A DNA stretch of 64,000 bases, from NCBI RefSeq assembly GCF_009914755.1, contig NC_060927.1; one strand, 5' to 3'. Each line of letters opens with the position of its first letter. The first letter of the stretch is position 1. Positions 60,526 through 64,000 of the stretch are shown here, one piece after another. Below the pieces are notes generated by a model. It was not told the origin of the DNA and searched no databases. It saw nothing but the letters and a program-made list of their open reading frames with translations. Made by a program: the position numbers and the translations under genes. The stretch is from the human T2T-CHM13v2.0 reference genome, Homo sapiens.

Positions 60526-60575
<50 letters not shown>
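60526..60575. repeat. (CA)n microsatellite
   Basis: About 25 pure CA units; a (TA)n run is also present at about 60285-60311. Confidence 0.97.
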
Positions 60576-60577
<2 letters not shown>

Positions 60578-60657
60578 CTGAATGGTACATCAGTTAGGAT
60601 GCATTTGGTTGCAAGGATGGAAAAATGAAACTCAAACTAGCTGAAATAATGCTGGGC

Positions 60658-60818
60658 TCTGCTTCTCACAATGTGGTCAGTGGGAAACACCATTTGGGAT
60701 CTTGTTGGAGATGCAAATTTCAGGCCCTATCCCAGAAATACTGAATCAGAATCTCTGGAGGTGCAGCCTAAGAATCTGTGTTTTAACATGCCTTATTCAC
60801 ACTGATGTTTAAGAAGCA
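60658..60818. mobile_element. MER5A (hAT-Charlie)
   Basis: GATGCAAATTTTCAGGCCCTATCCCAGAAATACTGAATCAGAATCTCTGGAGGTG...AATCTGTGTTTTAACA. Confidence 0.8.
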
Positions 60819-61260
60819 TACGTGAAAGAGATTTATCTGTTGACAAACTGGAAGTTTAAGGTTAGATTCAGTGTTTAATGCATCTTTTTGCTTTTTCTGT
60901 TCTGCCTTCCACTTGTCAGTTCCATCCTTATTCTGCTTCCTTTAGGGATCTCTAGGCACTGCCAACACTGTCAGGACTCTAGACTTCCTAACGACTAGAG
61001 GAAGAAAGACTAGTTTACATATGGGCGCTTCCTTATGGAGCTAAGGAAATTTCTTTCTCAAAAGCCCACAATCACTTTCTCGTTGTGTCTCATTGCCCAA
61101 ATTGGGTCATAGGACTGTCTGTAAGCATGGGCTAGGAGATGGGATAATGCTGATTACTATATGCCACATTCCCCTACCCCTGGAGATACAGAGGATTCAA
61201 CATCTCTCCAAGCTGATGAGATGCACTGGGGACATATGAATGGTTGAATTAAAATGAGAG

Positions 61261-61343
61261 ATACCATGAGAAAGAATACCATGAGAAAGAATAGATAATA
61301 CCATGAGAAAGAATAGATAATACCATGAGAAAGAATAGATAAT
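61261..61343. repeat. Minisatellite: one 15-bp unit plus three 22-bp units
   Basis: ATACCATGAGAAAGA then (ATACCATGAGAAAGAATAGATA)x3, perfect copies. Confidence 0.95.
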
Positions 61344-61364
61344 GGGAACCAAACCACAGTGTCA

Positions 61365-62800
61365 ACTCAATATCATTAAAATGTCAACATTACCAAATGA
61401 TTATATAAAATTAATTTTAAAAGTCTATCAGAATCCTTACTAAATAGGTTAAATCTATTTGAAGATTTCGGGAGAAAATTACCAAAAACTTTAAAAAGTA
61501 GATGATTTATGAGGAAAGACTCACTCAACAAAATTTTAAATTTGCTGCAAAGCTATAGTAATCAAAATTGAATACCTAGTGTCTTAGTCAATTTGGGCTA
61601 ATATAATAAAAATACCATATATTGTGTGGCTGAAACAACAAAAATATGTTTCTCACAATTCCGGGAACAGCAAAGTCCAAATTCAAGGTCCTGGACAATT
61701 AAGTTCCTTATGAGAGCCCTTTTTTTGGAAAATAGGTATTAATATATGAAAATATGTTAATTTCACTAGTAGGAAAATGGAAATGAAAACAATGATAACA
61801 GACTACTTTTTTAACCCATGAGGTTGGCAAAAATACGTGTGTGTGTCAGTGTGTGTGATAGATAATGCTGGGTCCCAATGAGGATGTGGGGAAATGGGAA
61901 CTCATACATTCTAGAAGAAGTGTAAAGTGCTATGACCTCTTTGGAAAATATTGTGTAGTATCCATTAAAACAAAATATATATATATACACATAGATATTT
62001 GTGTATATACTTATATATACACACGCATACATACACTCATACACACACACATGCGCACATTCTTTAATCAAGCAATTTCTGTGTTTAGGGTATCTATCAG
62101 ATAGAAATGACATCACAAATAAGTAAGGAAATATGTACAAGAATGTTACTGTAGCATTACATAAGTGGCAAAAATAAATCAGCAAACTATATTGTCAATT
62201 AATAGGAGACAGGTTGAATAAATTAAGGTATATTCATGCTGTGAAATGCTTTTCAACTATAAAAAAGAATGAGCTTATTAATTTTTCATTCAGGAAACAT
62301 TTAACTTATCTCTACAATGTTCATGTCCTGTTTTAAGTGTGAACATTAGAGCAAGTACTGAAGGAAAGTGTATCTTTCATGACTGTTATATTCTAGTGAG
62401 GGTAGGAAATAAACAGGTAAACAAATAAAAATAATTTCAGAGAGTGGTTATGTACTAAGAATAAAATAAAACAAAGTTATATAATAGAAAATTACAGATA
62501 TGATGTAAACTGGAACCTGAAGAAAATGAGAAAGACAGCTTCCCAAAGATAATGAAAAAGATTATTTTAAGCAGAATGAACAACTAATTTACAGCCCTAT
62601 CAATGGCTCCAGAGGAATGCACAGAGTATATGTAAAAAGAAAAAGTATAAAAAAATATGGTATACTGTAATCTCACTTTTGTTATAAGAAAGGAAAAAGA
62701 ATCACTCTTCAGGAAGGTATGCATATTTTTTAAGTGAATATAGAGAAAGTGTGGAAGAATACACATCACTTCAACACTAGTTAATGCAGGTGCTAGTATT
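61365..62800 (+). mobile_element. Decayed L1ME fragments with a partial minus-strand MLT1 (about 61580-61725)
   Basis: CAAAGCTATAGTAATCAAAA, GAGGATGTGGGGAAATGGGAACTC, CTATAAAAAAGAATGAG; TGTCTTAGTCAATTTGGGCT is an MLT1 end. Confidence 0.6.
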
Positions 62801-63449
62801 GGACTGGGAAAGTATAGGCAGTTTACTTTTGCTTTGTAGATGTCTATATTTTGGTTCATAACAGCAAGCATATTTTGATTTTAGAGCCTGGGGGAAAAAT
62901 CTTCAAACAAGCTTTTAAAATTATGGGTTTTTGAATATTTTTAGTATGAAGCTCATTTCAAATTTGAGATTCATTTCTTTGGCAATGAGAAATACCCTTA
63001 TTTCTTTGATTATTCCCTCCCCATCATTTCTCTAGCAGTTCTTTATCGAACACACCTATGAATTGGTAATCAGAATCAAGAGGCTTGGCTATGTGGAATT
63101 TTGAGTAATTATTTTCAGTTATTATTAGAGACTCCACTAGTGCTGATTCCTGTTCACTGTTGTGTTGAGTATGGGTTCTAAACCCTGAGCCACTTCCACC
63201 TCCACAGCTCTTGTACAGATATTTTTGGCTGTAGTTTCTTCTGCTGTCTTTCAAGATTTTTCCTCAAAAGTCCTCCTAATCATTTATCCCCCTCCGTGTC
63301 CTATATCTGTTTATAAAGAACCTAAATAAAGTCTCCTAGAATTTTGTGCTGGGGAATTGTAGGTGTACCTACCCTTCTTGTGATAATGTCAGATGATAAA
63401 ATGCTTGCATAATGAAACGAAGTCAGGTAAATGGCATAGAGTTTGGCTA

Positions 63450-63770
63450 CTATTGACCTTAAATACAAGCACTGTGATATCAGGACAGTCAATCTAATAA
63501 CCAAGAGGGCCACTATGTGACTAAGGGGCCAGTAGCATAGGCAGTGTAGCTATGCTAGACAAAGGGATGATTCAAAACCTGGATGGGGACAAGACAAGGC
63601 AAGATTCTGTCATGCTACTAAGATGGCTTACAATTTAAAATTTATAAATTGCTTTTTTCTGGAATTTGCCATTTAATATTTTCAGACCATTGTTGACCAC
63701 GGATAATCGAAACCATGGATATGGGGGACTCCTCTATGCTCAGAAACCATGGATAAGGGGGACTCCTGTA
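63450..63770 (+). mobile_element. MER44 (Tigger7-derived) fragment with duplicated terminal end
   Basis: GCTAGACAAAGGGATGATTCA...CCATTTAATATTTTCAGACC...GAAACCATGGATAAGGGGGACTCCTGTA. Confidence 0.8.
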
Positions 63771-64000
63771 TGCTCAGTTCATCATCTTTATCCAACCTCC
63801 TCTCCTATTTTACCACCTTAGAATTTCTGTATCAGCCTTGAAGGGTAATCAGGCTAAGTGTAAGTACTTACAAAACTAAATGTTTTTAGAGCACAGATGA
63901 CTCCTTACATTTCCTGAGTTCAGAATATTTATTCTAGTCCTCTGAGTTTCAGCCTATTGCCATCTTTCCTTTCCAGTTTTTATTTCTCTTTTAAAACCAT

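Larger units (their letters stand above)
60586..61360 (-). mobile_element. Old MLT1 (J/K-like) LTR interrupted by MER5A
   Basis: CATCAGTTAGGATGCATTTGGTTGCAAG...GTCTCATTGCCCAAATTGGGTCAT. Confidence 0.6.

Noticed and set aside
61261-61343. Short direct repeats resembling a CRISPR array
   Set aside because: No unique spacers and a eukaryotic context; it is a minisatellite

Overview
AT-rich mammalian non-coding DNA, almost certainly human, because it holds an AluYb8 with the diagnostic 7-bp duplication. It looks like a large intron or an intergenic/promoter-flanking interval. I find no convincing protein-coding gene, rRNA, tRNA or CRISPR array. The ORF track is explained by Alus, L1 remnants, microsatellites and chance. 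About 22 Alu copies or fragments, several L1/L2/MIR pieces, MaLR and ERV solo LTRs and DNA-transposon relics (MADE1, MER94, MER58, MER5A, MER44) occupy roughly 0-24.6 kb and 38-64 kb. Between them is an Alu-free island of about 14.7 kb (23.2-37.9 kb). It contains a CpG-poor promoter or first-exon-like element at about 35.0-35.4 kb and a co-oriented set of minus-strand splice signals at 30053-29866, 27757 and 25670. Together these suggest a spliced antisense or divergent lncRNA, possibly with a micro-ORF. This is inference from motifs only, and I could not name the locus. Directly visible oddities include a tail-to-tail inverted Alu pair inserted at the same target, a tiny TSD-flanked retroposed LTR-like fragment, a ~95-bp duplication around an L1 insertion, a consensus RFX X-box and several small tandem duplications. 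Subfamily names come from recalled consensus sequences and need RepeatMasker confirmation.
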